From sequence record PP355766.1: a DNA stretch of 64,000 bases. The stretch is one strand, 5' to 3'. Under the pieces are notes generated by a model. It was not told where the DNA came from. It was given only the letters and a program-made list of their open reading frames with translations, and searched no databases. Positions 47,749-57,234 of this stretch are shown piece by piece. Position numbers and translations under genes: made by a program. The first letter of the stretch is position 1; each line of letters starts with the position of its first letter.

Positions 47749-49188
47749 CTAGAATTTTAACTCTTCTGCCAGAGCATCAAGCTTAGAACGTGATACTCGT
47801 TCCTGACGATTAGATTCGGCTACACGGTTCTGTGCACCGGCACCTTCTCGGACGGTATTGCTTGGATTAGGCTTAGTTGGGTCGTTTTGCTTCTCAATTT
47901 CTACCCAGCGTTGATTAGCCTTATGCACACCCATAAAGAACTTATTGTTGATGTTCTTATCGCCATAACGTGATTTAATTTGCTTAATTAACTGTTGCTT
48001 CATCTGAGCAAGTTCAGGGGTTTCAATCACAGCCAGCATAAAGTCTGCCGTAGCAGGTAGACCCGCAGATTCTGCAATATCACTCATGTCCATATCAGAA
48101 GCATCCCAAGCTGAACGACCTACCTGAGCTGCGGTCCAAAGAACAGTTTCAGATTCTACAGCCAATGCACGAAGTTCTTCTGCAATAGCTTTAACTAACG
48201 TGTAACTGTTTTCAGTATATTGACGAATACGGCAAGAAGCACAAATACCAAGATAGTCAATGATGATAACAGTCGGTTTAAAGTTCTTCTTGAGTTTCAA
48301 CTCATTCAGAAGAGCTCGGAATGTATTAGCGTTAGCACCGCCAGTCGGATACTGTTTAATGATTAAACGACCAAGAGTACTAGAACTACGCCATTTTTCC
48401 ATTTTGCCTTTATATTCGGCGTATGATACACATCCATCATCGATATCATCCAGTGATACATCAAGCAAGTTAGCATCAATACGTTTAGCACAAACTTCTT
48501 CGGCCATTTCCATGGAAATATAAAGGACGTTATGCCCCATCTGAAGATAGTCTGCAGCCAATGAACACAATCCTAACGATTTACCAACGTTGACGCCAGC
48601 CATCAATACGTTCAGTGTACCAGTCTCGGCACCACCTTTAGTAATTTTGTTCAGAATGCTAAGTTTAAACGGAACTTTACGAGCTTTATTCTGGTATGAT
48701 AACCAACGAGCTTCATAATCTTCCATCCAATCATGACCAATATAGCTATCAAACGATACTGATAAAGCTTCACGCATGATATCAGGAATAGCTCCCATAT
48801 CAGGAAGACGCTTATCTCGCTTATTTGGCTCAAGCTGGGCATTAGCCTGAATTTCAATAATTCGAGACGTAGCGTTATACATAGCCTTTTCTTGAACGTA
48901 CTTCTCTGTTTCCTTAACTAACCAATTCAAATCTTCAGGAGCATCAGATAACTTATCAATAAGTTTCTTTGCGCCTTCATGTTCCGTTTCAGTTATAGAC
49001 GAATTATCCAGTGCTACACATAACGCAGTCTTTGAAGGAATTGCTGTGTATTCATTAACATGCTTCTTAATTATGTTAAACACCGTCTGAGCAGGTCCTT
49101 GCTCGAAGTACTCTTTGTCCATATATGGCCAAACCTTCGTAAAGAAAGCCTGGTTGTAAATCAGATTAGCTAAGATTGTTTCTACCAC
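47749..49188 (-). CDS. 41: Replicative helicase gp41
   Basis: AGVNVGKS Walker A, YISMEM, IDYLGI, SDIAESAGLPATADF; 479 aa. Confidence 0.97.
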   Translation of the reverse strand: MVETILANLIYNQAFFTKVWPYMDKEYFEQGPAQTVFNIIKKHVNEYTAIPSKTALCVALDNSSITETEHEGAKKLIDKLSDAPEDLNWLVKETEKYVQEKAMYNATSRIIEIQANAQLEPNKRDKRLPDMGAIPDIMREALSVSFDSYIGHDWMEDYEARWLSYQNKARKVPFKLSILNKITKGGAETGTLNVLMAGVNVGKSLGLCSLAADYLQMGHNVLYISMEMAEEVCAKRIDANLLDVSLDDIDDGCVSYAEYKGKMEKWRSSSTLGRLIIKQYPTGGANANTFRALLNELKLKKNFKPTVIIIDYLGICASCRIRQYTENSYTLVKAIAEELRALAVESETVLWTAAQVGRSAWDASDMDMSDIAESAGLPATADFMLAVIETPELAQMKQQLIKQIKSRYGDKNINNKFFMGVHKANQRWVEIEKQNDPTKPNPSNTVREGAGAQNRVAESNRQERVSRSKLDALAEELKF

Positions 49189-49197
49189 TTTAACCTC

Positions 49198-49548
49198 TTA
49201 AAAGATTTTCCATAATGATTTTTTCTTGGTCTTTAATGCACTCTGGATTTGTTGTTTAACACAAGCTTCCACATGAGGATAAAGTTCATCCTTATGAGCT
49301 TCAGATGGAGTACTAAACTCAATAGTTACTTCCCCCGAAGGAGAAATATTTAATTTATGAACATAAACCAAGTGTGATTGACCATTTAATTTTATCACAA
49401 TTTCTTGGATAACAGTCTTCATAGCTTCTTGGATTATTTCATGGCTTTTCTTGAACACTCGTTCTTGACGCTCGAAGTCTCCCTCTTCCGAGGGAGATTC
49501 TTGTTCAAATTTCTCGAGTTCAGATTCTAAATCAAACTCAGTCTTCAT
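49198..49548 (-). CDS. 40: Head vertex assembly chaperone gp40
   Basis: EAMKTVIQEIVIKL...HLVY...FST...LYPHV..C; between uvsX and 41. Confidence 0.88.
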   Translation of the reverse strand: MKTEFDLESELEKFEQESPSEEGDFERQERVFKKSHEIIQEAMKTVIQEIVIKLNGQSHLVYVHKLNISPSGEVTIEFSTPSEAHKDELYPHVEACVKQQIQSALKTKKKSLWKIF

Positions 49549-50713
49549 TCATGAAGTTCTCTAATTCATCTTCAACTTCAGCAGCTGATACTGAACCACT
49601 CTCAGGAAGTTTAACACCATCAACCTTAGTTGAAACTTTTGAGTTAATCATTTCTGCTACCGCTTCATCAACCGCAGCGTTTGAATCAATAGCACCCAAC
49701 TGATAACGGGCTTTGATAGCGTCACGGAATGGCTCATGCTTAAACAGAGGACCCCAAAATTCCGTACTGCTCGTATCTTTTGCCCGCCAGGATTTTTCTT
49801 CACGAATCATCTCACCGGTTTCAACATCCAGGAATTCTCGTGCGTACCATCCATTTTTCGGTTTAACCACAAATCCGATATCCAGAGCCATATCAAGCAG
49901 ACCACTGTACGGATCGATACCACCATCGAATTTAACATCAATGAAGAACTTACTTTTCTCTTTGACAGTACGTGATTTCTCAGCGTTCAGGACAAACTGA
50001 TATCCCTCAAGCTCAGTACCATCTTTAATTTGACGTTTACCGATGATGAACACAGTATCCGCAGAATACATAGGACCTGTACCACCAGTCATTACCGTCT
50101 TACTGAACATCTCGATAGTCTCGATTGTGTGGTTAACCGCGACACAAGGAATGTTCTTAATAGAGAAGTAAGGAGTTACGATACGGAAGAGAGACTTCAG
50201 ACTTTTCGCACGAGTCATATCTGCGACAGATTTCTCGTTCAGAGCATCTTCGGTTTCCTTTTTAGACGCCATGTTACCAATAGAGTCGATAAACACGATG
50301 ACTTTTTCACCACGCTCAATAGCTTCAAGCTGGTTAACCATATCGATTTTTAATTGTTCAACCGACTGAACCGGTGTATGAATTACACGGTCAGGGTCAA
50401 CACCCATAGATTTCAGATAAGCTGGAGTGATACCAAATTCTGAATCATAGAACAAACAGACTGCATCAGGATACTTATTAAGATAAGCACTAACCATTGT
50501 CAGAGACATGTTAGATTTGAAGTGTTTAGATGGACCTGCGAAGATAGTCAACCCGGACTGCATACCACCATCCAACGCTCCACTGATTGCGATATTAAGC
50601 ATCGGAATTTTAGTTCTAACTACATCTTTCTCGTTAAAGAATTTTGATTTAGTCAGTTCTGCTGTCATTTTAGAAGTGGATGCTTTAATCAGGCGAGATT
50701 TTAAGTCAGACAT
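49538..50713 (-). CDS. uvsX: RecA-like recombinase UvsX
   Basis: GPSKHFKS P-loop, FYDSEFG, FIDSIGN, GGTGPMYSAD; 391 aa. Confidence 0.97.
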   Translation of the reverse strand: MSDLKSRLIKASTSKMTAELTKSKFFNEKDVVRTKIPMLNIAISGALDGGMQSGLTIFAGPSKHFKSNMSLTMVSAYLNKYPDAVCLFYDSEFGITPAYLKSMGVDPDRVIHTPVQSVEQLKIDMVNQLEAIERGEKVIVFIDSIGNMASKKETEDALNEKSVADMTRAKSLKSLFRIVTPYFSIKNIPCVAVNHTIETIEMFSKTVMTGGTGPMYSADTVFIIGKRQIKDGTELEGYQFVLNAEKSRTVKEKSKFFIDVKFDGGIDPYSGLLDMALDIGFVVKPKNGWYAREFLDVETGEMIREEKSWRAKDTSSTEFWGPLFKHEPFRDAIKARYQLGAIDSNAAVDEAVAEMINSKVSTKVDGVKLPESGSVSAAEVEDELENFMNED

Positions 50714-50769
50714 TCATTATATTCCATAAGTCTCCATTATGTTTTTCTCACAGGTTAAAGGATAGAGTA

Positions 50770-50796
50770 ATTATATTACTTTGTTCTTGAAGCTAT
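50770..50796 (-). promoter_or_regulatory. Middle promoter for uvsX
   Basis: ATAGCTTCA, 12 nt, TATAAT. Confidence 0.65.
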
Positions 50797-51047
50797 TAAC
50801 AGAAGTTCCATTTCTTCTTGGTGTTATAAACCACTGTTTCCATATCTATTTCATAGTGTATTTTACATCCAACACACATGCCATGCCACCAGCAATGCAT
50901 TCCATCTGAGCCAGTAGTTCCTTCATGAACAAACTCATCAGATTTACATACGAAGCATCTGAATTCTTCAGCCTTGAATATGTTACCAGCTACATCAGAT
51001 TTATTATAGATGTTCATAAGAGGTCCTTGGAGGGCTTTCGCCCTCAC
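50796..51047 (-). CDS. Cys-rich hypothetical protein
   Basis: CFVC...CWWHGMCVGC; 83 aa (the start may be internal). Confidence 0.6.
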   Translation of the reverse strand: MRAKALQGPLMNIYNKSDVAGNIFKAEEFRCFVCKSDEFVHEGTTGSDGMHCWWHGMCVGCKIHYEIDMETVVYNTKKKWNFC

Positions 51048-51435
51048 AGATATGGTTCTACCTTACCAAACTCATGGAAGGCCTGAGATTTCACTCGAGT
51101 GTTAATACACATACGAATTGATTTCAGAGGTTCGTTATCACCGAATAACCCACGTCTTTCGCCGTCTTTAGATTTCCAACGGGCTTGATTTGGGAAAGCA
51201 GCATGCAGCTGTTCAAGGGCTCTATTCTGACGAGCAGTATCACGCTGTGTAGAACAACCACCAGGAGACTGCACCTTACCAGATTTAACGAGGTACTTAA
51301 ACAGAGCCAGATGAGGATGACCCATGTTAATTAATTTTAGAAAAGCATAAGCATCTTCGTTAAGGTCAATAATTCCGTAACCAATATCTTCTGCTGTAAG
51401 TTTAGTCAAATCATAGAAAGTATTGGTGAACCCAA
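51044..51435 (-). pseudogene. Beta-glucosyl-HMC-alpha-glucosyltransferase (T2/T6-type), C-terminal ~130 aa
   Basis: GFTNTFYDL.KL...IGYG.IDL.ED.YAFL.LIN.G.PHLALFKYLV.SGK.Q.PGGCS...NRALEQ matches my recall of the T6 enzyme; upstream of uvsX; 5' part lost at the junction. Confidence 0.8.
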
Positions 51436-51722
51436 ATAAATTCAACTTTATCCAGATTGAACGTGGTTATAATCAATATGGTACTCCTGATCGTTATCGC
51501 GCGGTTTGGATTAAAGGTGAACATGAACACGCAGTGTTCAACGTAGCAGAAACTCGTGAACTGAAAGATTTGATTAAACATGTTCGCAAAGATTGGCCTG
51601 CTGTTGAAGAGTACTACGTTCGAGTTTACCATGAAGAAGCTGCTACGGTTCAAATGGCTATCAAGTTTGCTAAAACCGTTCCTGCTTTGGTTAAACGAAT
51701 TGAAGCGGTAATTAACTGCTAA
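51434..51722 (+). pseudogene. Conserved hypothetical early protein, 5' end lost at the junction
   Basis: KFNFIQIERGYNQYGTPDRYRAVW...RIEAVINC; the track's start codon lies in antisense glucosyltransferase sequence. Confidence 0.55.
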
Positions 51723-51740
51723 TAATTTTGGGGAGTTATA

Positions 51741-52004
51741 ATGAACTCCCCACCTACTGAGGAAATTGATATGTATCAGGATAAGTTGAGATTAGTAGCG
51801 CAAACTTATTTTAAATCTTTTGCCAGGCTGTTTGGTGAAACTCCAAATTTTCCATCCGGTGAAGAACGAATGGCTGCTCTGAAAACTATTGAGAACCTGG
51901 TGATTTCAACTTACAATGAGTTTGCCGATGACCCGGCGGTTAATCGTCTTGTTGATATCGCAGTTTTGGACAAAATGGAGGAACTCATTAATGCATACAA
52001 ATGA
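51741..52004 (+). CDS. Hypothetical protein
   Basis: 87 aa (start may be the internal MYQDK after GAGG). Confidence 0.6.
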   Translation: MNSPPTEEIDMYQDKLRLVAQTYFKSFARLFGETPNFPSGEERMAALKTIENLVISTYNEFADDPAVNRLVDIAVLDKMEELINAYK

Positions 52005-52218
52005 AGTTCCAAAAACCCTTGCTGATATTCGTCTTGAAGCTAAAATAGCCATCGAGCGTTTAATTAAAGCAACAGTAGAAGAAGGCAAAGAGTCTGTACT
52101 TATTCTCGGATTAGAATCATACGTTACTGATTACATCGAGATATTCGAGCGCAGCAAAAATGAACAGGGTCTAATCATTAAACCATATGTTTATGATTGG
52201 ATTAATCCGTACGAATAA
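51994..52218 (+). CDS. Hypothetical protein
   Basis: MHTNEVPKTLADIRLEAK...; probable internal start. Confidence 0.55.
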   Translation, partial: HTNEVPKTLADIRLEAKIAIERLIKATVEEGKESVLILGLESYVTDYIEIFERSKNEQGLIIKPYVYDWINPYE

Positions 52219-52247
52219 AACCACCATAACTATTGAAAGGAAATAAA

Positions 52248-52841
52248 ATGTCTATTCTGAAAAAACTTGTTGAATTCATCCGTTCTAAATTCGGTACCTT
52301 TGTTGCACAGAACACTTCTGTTGAAGACCAGTACACCACTGCAGCAAATCGTATTATTGATGAAATCACTAAACTGCGTACCACGCATGTTAAATCAGTA
52401 AATGAAGAAAAGCGTCTGCTGAAACTTGCTGACGAAAAAGACCAGGCAGGTGCTTCCAAAGAGCGTGAAATTCGTCGCTTGATGGCAGAAGGTATGAATG
52501 TAGAAACCCATGCTAAACTGGGTCTTCTGTATCGTCGTACTGCTAAAGCTTTACGTGATAAAGCTGCCGAATATAAAGAAATGCGGGCCCAAATTGAAGA
52601 AACCGTGGTTAAACTTGATGACCAACGTCTTGATTTGGCAGTGAAACTCGAATACATCCGTGAGACCCGTAATGCTTCTGCTCTGGGTATTACCTCTGCT
52701 GATGACGTGATTGAAATCGCGGAACTCGCTAAAGTAGATGTACAAGACATCATGATGAAAGTTGAAACCTTCAGCGGTACTCAGCCTGGTATTGAAACCA
52801 CCACTGCTGATGTCCAGGAATATCTGGAAAGTCTGAAGTAA
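52248..52841 (+). CDS. e.6: e.6-like coiled-coil protein
   Basis: [11 protein letters not shown]...SVE.QYT.AA...[12 protein letters not shown]...[17 protein letters not shown]; 197 aa as in T4 e.6. Confidence 0.85.
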   Translation: MSILKKLVEFIRSKFGTFVAQNTSVEDQYTTAANRIIDEITKLRTTHVKSVNEEKRLLKLADEKDQAGASKEREIRRLMAEGMNVETHAKLGLLYRRTAKALRDKAAEYKEMRAQIEETVVKLDDQRLDLAVKLEYIRETRNASALGITSADDVIEIAELAKVDVQDIMMKVETFSGTQPGIETTTADVQEYLESLK

Positions 52842-52848
52842 TTTTACC

Positions 52849-52864
52849 GGGGCCTTCGGGCCCC
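52849..52864 (+). terminator. UUCG hairpin
   Basis: GGGGCC-TTCG-GGCCCC. Confidence 0.75.
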
Positions 52865-52868
52865 TAAC

Positions 52869-53471
52869 TTGGATAATAAAATGTTATATGAATGCGCTGG
52901 AGATATTCCAATGGCAACACCTCAAATTAAAGAATTAATTGCAGCAGGATTCCCAACAGAAATCACTGATGTTCTCGAAAAATTTGCTTATCCTGATACT
53001 CGGCCTGAAAATTGGAAAACTCGCTATAACGGGTATAACACCACAGTTTTGCCGCGGGCTATCGTTCTTAAAGACTATTACAAGCTGAAAAACTTAATTT
53101 CCAGTATTTCGTCTATTTCCGATGGAGTTAAGCTTGTAGATATCTTTGCACTTCGGTACGGAATTTATTCTTTCAACGATTCTCCATCAAATCTAACATC
53201 AGCTCGTGCTAATGCCGATGGATATTTTACCTCTAGCTCCACAACGTATACAGTAGTTATCGAGATTATCTATAATAAAACTAGTTATCGTCTCGGTATT
53301 AACATGGTTAAATACGTGACATCTCAGGATGATTATATCAATTATTTGAATTACTGCGTCAATGAATTGCCCCAAAAAGTCATGGGTATGTTTGACTCTA
53401 ACAACATGGTAGGCAAACAATTAATCATTGATGAATTTATCAAATACTGCCGTGAGAGGGTGCAGAAATGA
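52869..53471 (+). CDS. e.5-like hypothetical protein
   Basis: PQIKEL..AGFPTEITD.L...RP.NW..RYNGYN...LPR.IVL.DYYK; position after e.6. Confidence 0.65.
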   Translation: MDNKMLYECAGDIPMATPQIKELIAAGFPTEITDVLEKFAYPDTRPENWKTRYNGYNTTVLPRAIVLKDYYKLKNLISSISSISDGVKLVDIFALRYGIYSFNDSPSNLTSARANADGYFTSSSTTYTVVIEIIYNKTSYRLGINMVKYVTSQDDYINYLNYCVNELPQKVMGMFDSNNMVGKQLIIDEFIKYCRERVQK

Positions 53472-53830
53472 GTAACTTATATCTGCCAAGTGAACCTCCC
53501 GTTTATAATTATGTCTATAAATTTGACCAAACTGATTATGTTCTAATTCCGGGGATGGTCTGTGCTGCTGGAACTATGATAACGCTTATCATAATCGACG
53601 TAATGAATTTGGCTGAAATTAGCAGTACATCATTAGTGAATGTAATATTACTTACATGGGGATTAATAGGTTTACTTGGTCTAGGATTAATTGAACTATT
53701 TCGTTGGGTAAAGTATGTTAAGCATAACTGTGAACGAAAGGCTGAATGGAAAGAACAGTGCAAGAATTTAACTCTTGAATGGAACCGCAAAAAGTCGTTT
53801 GAGTTTATTAAAGAGGTGAGAAGAAAATGA
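53468..53830 (+). CDS. Membrane protein (e.2-e.4-like)
   Basis: Two TM segments and a basic C-terminus. Confidence 0.7.
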   Translation: MSNLYLPSEPPVYNYVYKFDQTDYVLIPGMVCAAGTMITLIIIDVMNLAEISSTSLVNVILLTWGLIGLLGLGLIELFRWVKYVKHNCERKAEWKEQCKNLTLEWNRKKSFEFIKEVRRK

Positions 53831-54123
53831 ATGAATGTAAACCTGACGGGTTTTGGAACCAAGATGGTCTGGCGCCAGCTTTTGGAATCGTGACATGGAT
53901 TTTATATTGTGCTTTTGTAATTGTTGGAGGGACATTCTTTGGATTGAACGTCTCAGAGTTTATGATTATGCTTTTATTTTTAGGTGTTTTCGCATTCAGC
54001 CTCATGTGGATGCTAATTATCGCGTTGATTAATTGCTGCACATTTTTAGCTTACCGTATGAAATACAAGAAGTGGAAAGAAAAAGAAGATTTCAACACCT
54101 GGATTAGGAGCTGCAGAAAATGA
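53827..54123 (+). CDS. Membrane protein (e.2-e.4-like)
   Basis: Two TM segments and a basic C-terminus. Confidence 0.7.
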   Translation: MNECKPDGFWNQDGLAPAFGIVTWILYCAFVIVGGTFFGLNVSEFMIMLLFLGVFAFSLMWMLIIALINCCTFLAYRMKYKKWKEKEDFNTWIRSCRK

Positions 54124-54446
54124 TTAAAACTTGTTACCGTGGAATGATTAAAGACGATGAGCCTGGGTATTTTTTCCTATTTCTGCTTATCTGGTTTTCA
54201 TTTTCAGCTTTTGTTGGATTTGGGACTTTTTGGGGTTTTTACTTCTTTTCACCAATCTTTGGAGATACTTTGTTCTATTTAGGTTGGATGTCAGGTGTTG
54301 GAACTTGGTTTGCAATGCTTGCTCGTTGGTTGCAATTCGTTTCCCAGCGGCAGCGGGGTGTATTTGATAAGCCCAAAGTAAAGAAAGAAAAATCTAAAGA
54401 TGATTCTCGTAATGAAACTTTATCCTGGATTAAGGAGATGAAATAA
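54120..54446 (+). CDS. Membrane protein (e.2-e.4-like)
   Basis: Two TM segments and a basic C-terminus. Confidence 0.7.
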   Translation: MIKTCYRGMIKDDEPGYFFLFLLIWFSFSAFVGFGTFWGFYFFSPIFGDTLFYLGWMSGVGTWFAMLARWLQFVSQRQRGVFDKPKVKKEKSKDDSRNETLSWIKEMK

Positions 54447-54682
54447 TGGCTGTTGCAGTGCATGTAAAATTTGAAAATGGTGATACTCGCCTTCTGTGTT
54501 ACAGCGATAATGAATCACTGAGCGGTATCGAGATTTCACTCAAAGAAGAACTGCTTGGTATTAATGGACCTATCTGTGATTTCTCGGTAGAAGGTTCATA
54601 TAACTGTGATGGTGTATTAGAGTCTATGGTCTATACTGCCATGGAAGATATTCTTGAAGAAAGTTGGAATGAATGCCAATGA
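54446..54682 (+). CDS. Hypothetical acidic protein
   Basis: 78 aa; TAATG coupling. Confidence 0.65.
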   Translation: MAVAVHVKFENGDTRLLCYSDNESLSGIEISLKEELLGINGPICDFSVEGSYNCDGVLESMVYTAMEDILEESWNECQ

Positions 54683-55125
54683 AAGAGCTCAGTGCAGGAA
54701 TCTTATTCTTTACCGATGACAAACGGCTTTTCATGGGTCGTATGACAAATACATATGTCCAGGGCAGAGGCTCTAGATGGGATATTCCGAAAGGACATGT
54801 TGAGCCTGGTGAAACACCAAAAGAAGCTGCTATTCGCGAATGCCAGGAAGAAACAGGGTTTACTGGGTTTGACCAGGACCTCTTATATGACCTCGGACGA
54901 CATGATTATGCCAGCAATAAGGATATCCATTTGTTTGGATATATGCTCCCTGTGAGCCCAGAAGTGTTTAAGAATTGCTGTTGCACAGCTTACCATAAAG
55001 ATGAAAATGGAATTTCTTTCCCGGAAATCGACGCATTTGCTTTAATTAAACCTTCTCAATGGAAATATGTGATGGGACCAAGTTTGTATAAAATCATGAC
55101 ACAAATGTATAGCACAGCTCAGTGA
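54673..55125 (+). CDS. nudE: Nudix hydrolase NudE (e.1)
   Basis: LSAGI.F, RWDIPKG, Nudix box GETPKEAAIRECQEETG, WKYVMGPSLY. Confidence 0.92.
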   Translation: MPMKELSAGILFFTDDKRLFMGRMTNTYVQGRGSRWDIPKGHVEPGETPKEAAIRECQEETGFTGFDQDLLYDLGRHDYASNKDIHLFGYMLPVSPEVFKNCCCTAYHKDENGISFPEIDAFALIKPSQWKYVMGPSLYKIMTQMYSTAQ

Positions 55126-55198
55126 GGTTATTATGGAAGAAGCCGTTGAATTAGGCATTCCACACATTTATAATGTCCTTTACGAACAAATCGAATAT

Positions 55199-56074
55199 TC
55201 ATATCGCCATCTTTCCTTTAATTGTTGGGTGAGATTCATATCCTTTAAGAACAAAGTCAGATGGTTTCATCATTCCTGTAACCCAAGCTAATTGTTCTTC
55301 TGTTGCTAATTCATGAAATTCTTTATCTTTTACTGGAGGCCAATAATTAATTTCAAGTTCACACAGCTCTTTTGGCTCTCGACGCAAGATTTCTTTACAC
55401 TGTTCAATATGGTTCAGATAAATGTGAGTGTTACCACCAGTGAATACCAAATGCCCAGGTTTAAGATTGGTCATTTTAGCAATGATATGAACTAGTGCTG
55501 CATATGACGCAATATTGAAGGGTAGACCAAGGAATACATCTACAGAACGCTGATACCACTGGAGGTCCAAATATCCGTTACGAACGTTGAACTGATAAAG
55601 CAGATGACATGGTGGTAATGCCATTTTGTCCAAATCAATCGGGTTCCAAGCAGTTACAATCTGACGACGATCAGTTGGCAATTGCTTAATACGGTCAATG
55701 ACTAGTTTTAGTTGGTCAACGCCCATGAAATCACGCCATTGCTTTCCATACACGGGTCCTAGCTCACCACCGGAATACCCCATGTCTTTTGCCTGGTTTT
55801 CGTAGTTGTCGTCCCAAACAGTTTTACCTTCTAGTAATGAACCATGCTGAATAAGACGTAATTCATGGACATTAGTAGACCCCTGCAAGAACCAAATCAG
55901 CTCTGCAATACACGCTTTCCATGCAAGACGCTTAGTAGTTACAGCAGGAAACCCTTTTTGTAAATCAAAACGTAACTGAGTACCAAACTTCGCAATAGTG
56001 CCGGTACCAGTTCGGTCATCCGTCTCGTATCCATTTTCAAAAATATCTTTAATTAATTCTTGGTATTCACGCAT
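55199..56074 (-). CDS. td: Thymidylate synthase, intron-less
   Basis: DRTGTGT, MALPPCH, YQRSVDVFLGLPFNIASYA, HIYLNH; true start about 56074. Confidence 0.97.
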   Translation of the reverse strand: MREYQELIKDIFENGYETDDRTGTGTIAKFGTQLRFDLQKGFPAVTTKRLAWKACIAELIWFLQGSTNVHELRLIQHGSLLEGKTVWDDNYENQAKDMGYSGGELGPVYGKQWRDFMGVDQLKLVIDRIKQLPTDRRQIVTAWNPIDLDKMALPPCHLLYQFNVRNGYLDLQWYQRSVDVFLGLPFNIASYAALVHIIAKMTNLKPGHLVFTGGNTHIYLNHIEQCKEILRREPKELCELEINYWPPVKDKEFHELATEEQLAWVTGMMKPSDFVLKGYESHPTIKGKMAI

Positions 56075-56384
56075 TAAATTTTTCCTGAAGAGGTGTAAAG
56101 AAAAGCTGGTCTCCACGCTTTTCAAATCGTCCAATAATAGACACTACATCATCTTTGACCATCACATTGCCGTGTGACATTCCGATGAACATCTTCTTAT
56201 AATCACGTTCAATTTCAATAGGTATATTTCCGTTTCGGTTATATACTGTAGTTGAACCGTTATAAGTGCTAAGACCATTATAACTGAAAACTAGAAGATG
56301 AATACCATGCTTAAATGGAAATCTTTTCCACTTCTTTTGGACTTTGTCTTCTGATAGCTGAGTGATATCATAGTTTGCGCTCAT
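56067..56384 (-). CDS. Hypothetical protein between frd and td
   Basis: 105 aa; overlaps both neighbours by a few nt. Confidence 0.7.
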   Translation of the reverse strand: MSANYDITQLSEDKVQKKWKRFPFKHGIHLLVFSYNGLSTYNGSTTVYNRNGNIPIEIERDYKKMFIGMSHGNVMVKDDVVSIIGRFEKRGDQLFFTPLQEKFNA

Positions 56385-56967
56385 AGACCACCTCTGAAAT
56401 GTTAGTCACTTCATCAATATGATACCAGTGATTTTCTTTAGTAATGAATCCTGATTCTGGCCAAGTAGGAGCTGCTACAAATTCAGCAGGTAGAGTGACA
56501 TCAGAATTCACTCTATGACTTTTTCTGATGGTTGTTTGGATAACCCTATCCGCGTATGGATATGACTTCTGGATGATTCCGGCACCACCTATGATAGAAT
56601 AATTAAGGTCTCTATTAAAAGTGATAGTACTGTTGTAAGAAGTATGAGCGGCCATAATGTCACCACCCAAGAAACCGATAAATTCTAATTCACTTACATA
56701 AGCATCTGCAAAGAAGCCATTTTTAGCAGTTGCTAACGCACGACTCATGTCTTGGACAACGATTGTCTTACGACCAGGAAGAGGTTTAGGAAAACTCATA
56801 AAAGTCTTTGCTCCGCAAATCAAGATAGTATCTCGAGTACGATTAGCAAAGTTTTTCATGTCCTGGGAAATATGTTTCCATGGAAGACCATCACCTAAAC
56901 CAAAAGCGTTTTCATTTTTGCCGTCTACAGTTTTTGTAGGAGCAAAGGCATAAACTATTTGAATCAT
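56368..56967 (-). CDS. frd: Dihydrofolate reductase
   Basis: AFGLGDGLPW.HI..DM.NF..RT, GAKTF.S.P..LPGR, IIGGA. Confidence 0.95.
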   Translation of the reverse strand: MIQIVYAFAPTKTVDGKNENAFGLGDGLPWKHISQDMKNFANRTRDTILICGAKTFMSFPKPLPGRKTIVVQDMSRALATAKNGFFADAYVSELEFIGFLGGDIMAAHTSYNSTITFNRDLNYSIIGGAGIIQKSYPYADRVIQTTIRKSHRVNSDVTLPAEFVAAPTWPESGFITKENHWYHIDEVTNISEVVYERKL

Positions 56968-56974
56968 TTAAACC

Positions 56975-57139
56975 TCAGCAAAATTCAACTCGTTCAACAT
57001 TGCCGTCTTCCCACTTCTGTTGAAGCTCTTGTAGACGTTTAATAGCACTATCAACGTTAGACATTGCGCAGATAGTTACCCATTCGCGGCCGTCCCACCA
57101 AATCAAATCATCATAATCATCTACTGCGAAATTTTCCAT
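56975..57139 (-). CDS. Small acidic hypothetical protein
   Basis: MENFAVDDYDDLIWW...; TAATG-coupled. Confidence 0.6.
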   Translation of the reverse strand: MENFAVDDYDDLIWWDGREWVTICAMSNVDSAIKRLQELQQKWEDGNVERVEFC

Positions 57140-57234
57140 TAACCTTGCCTCATTCCACACTTAAAACACCGGCCACCTAATTGCCATAGGCTACCGCCAC
57201 AGTACTTACAATCCCAGTCAGTTAAAATCCACAT
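57139..57234 (-). CDS. 31-aa CxxC-CxxC micro-protein
   Basis: MWILTDWDCKYCGGSLWQLGGRCFKCGMRQG; not in the ORF track. Confidence 0.6.
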   Translation of the reverse strand: MWILTDWDCKYCGGSLWQLGGRCFKCGMRQG

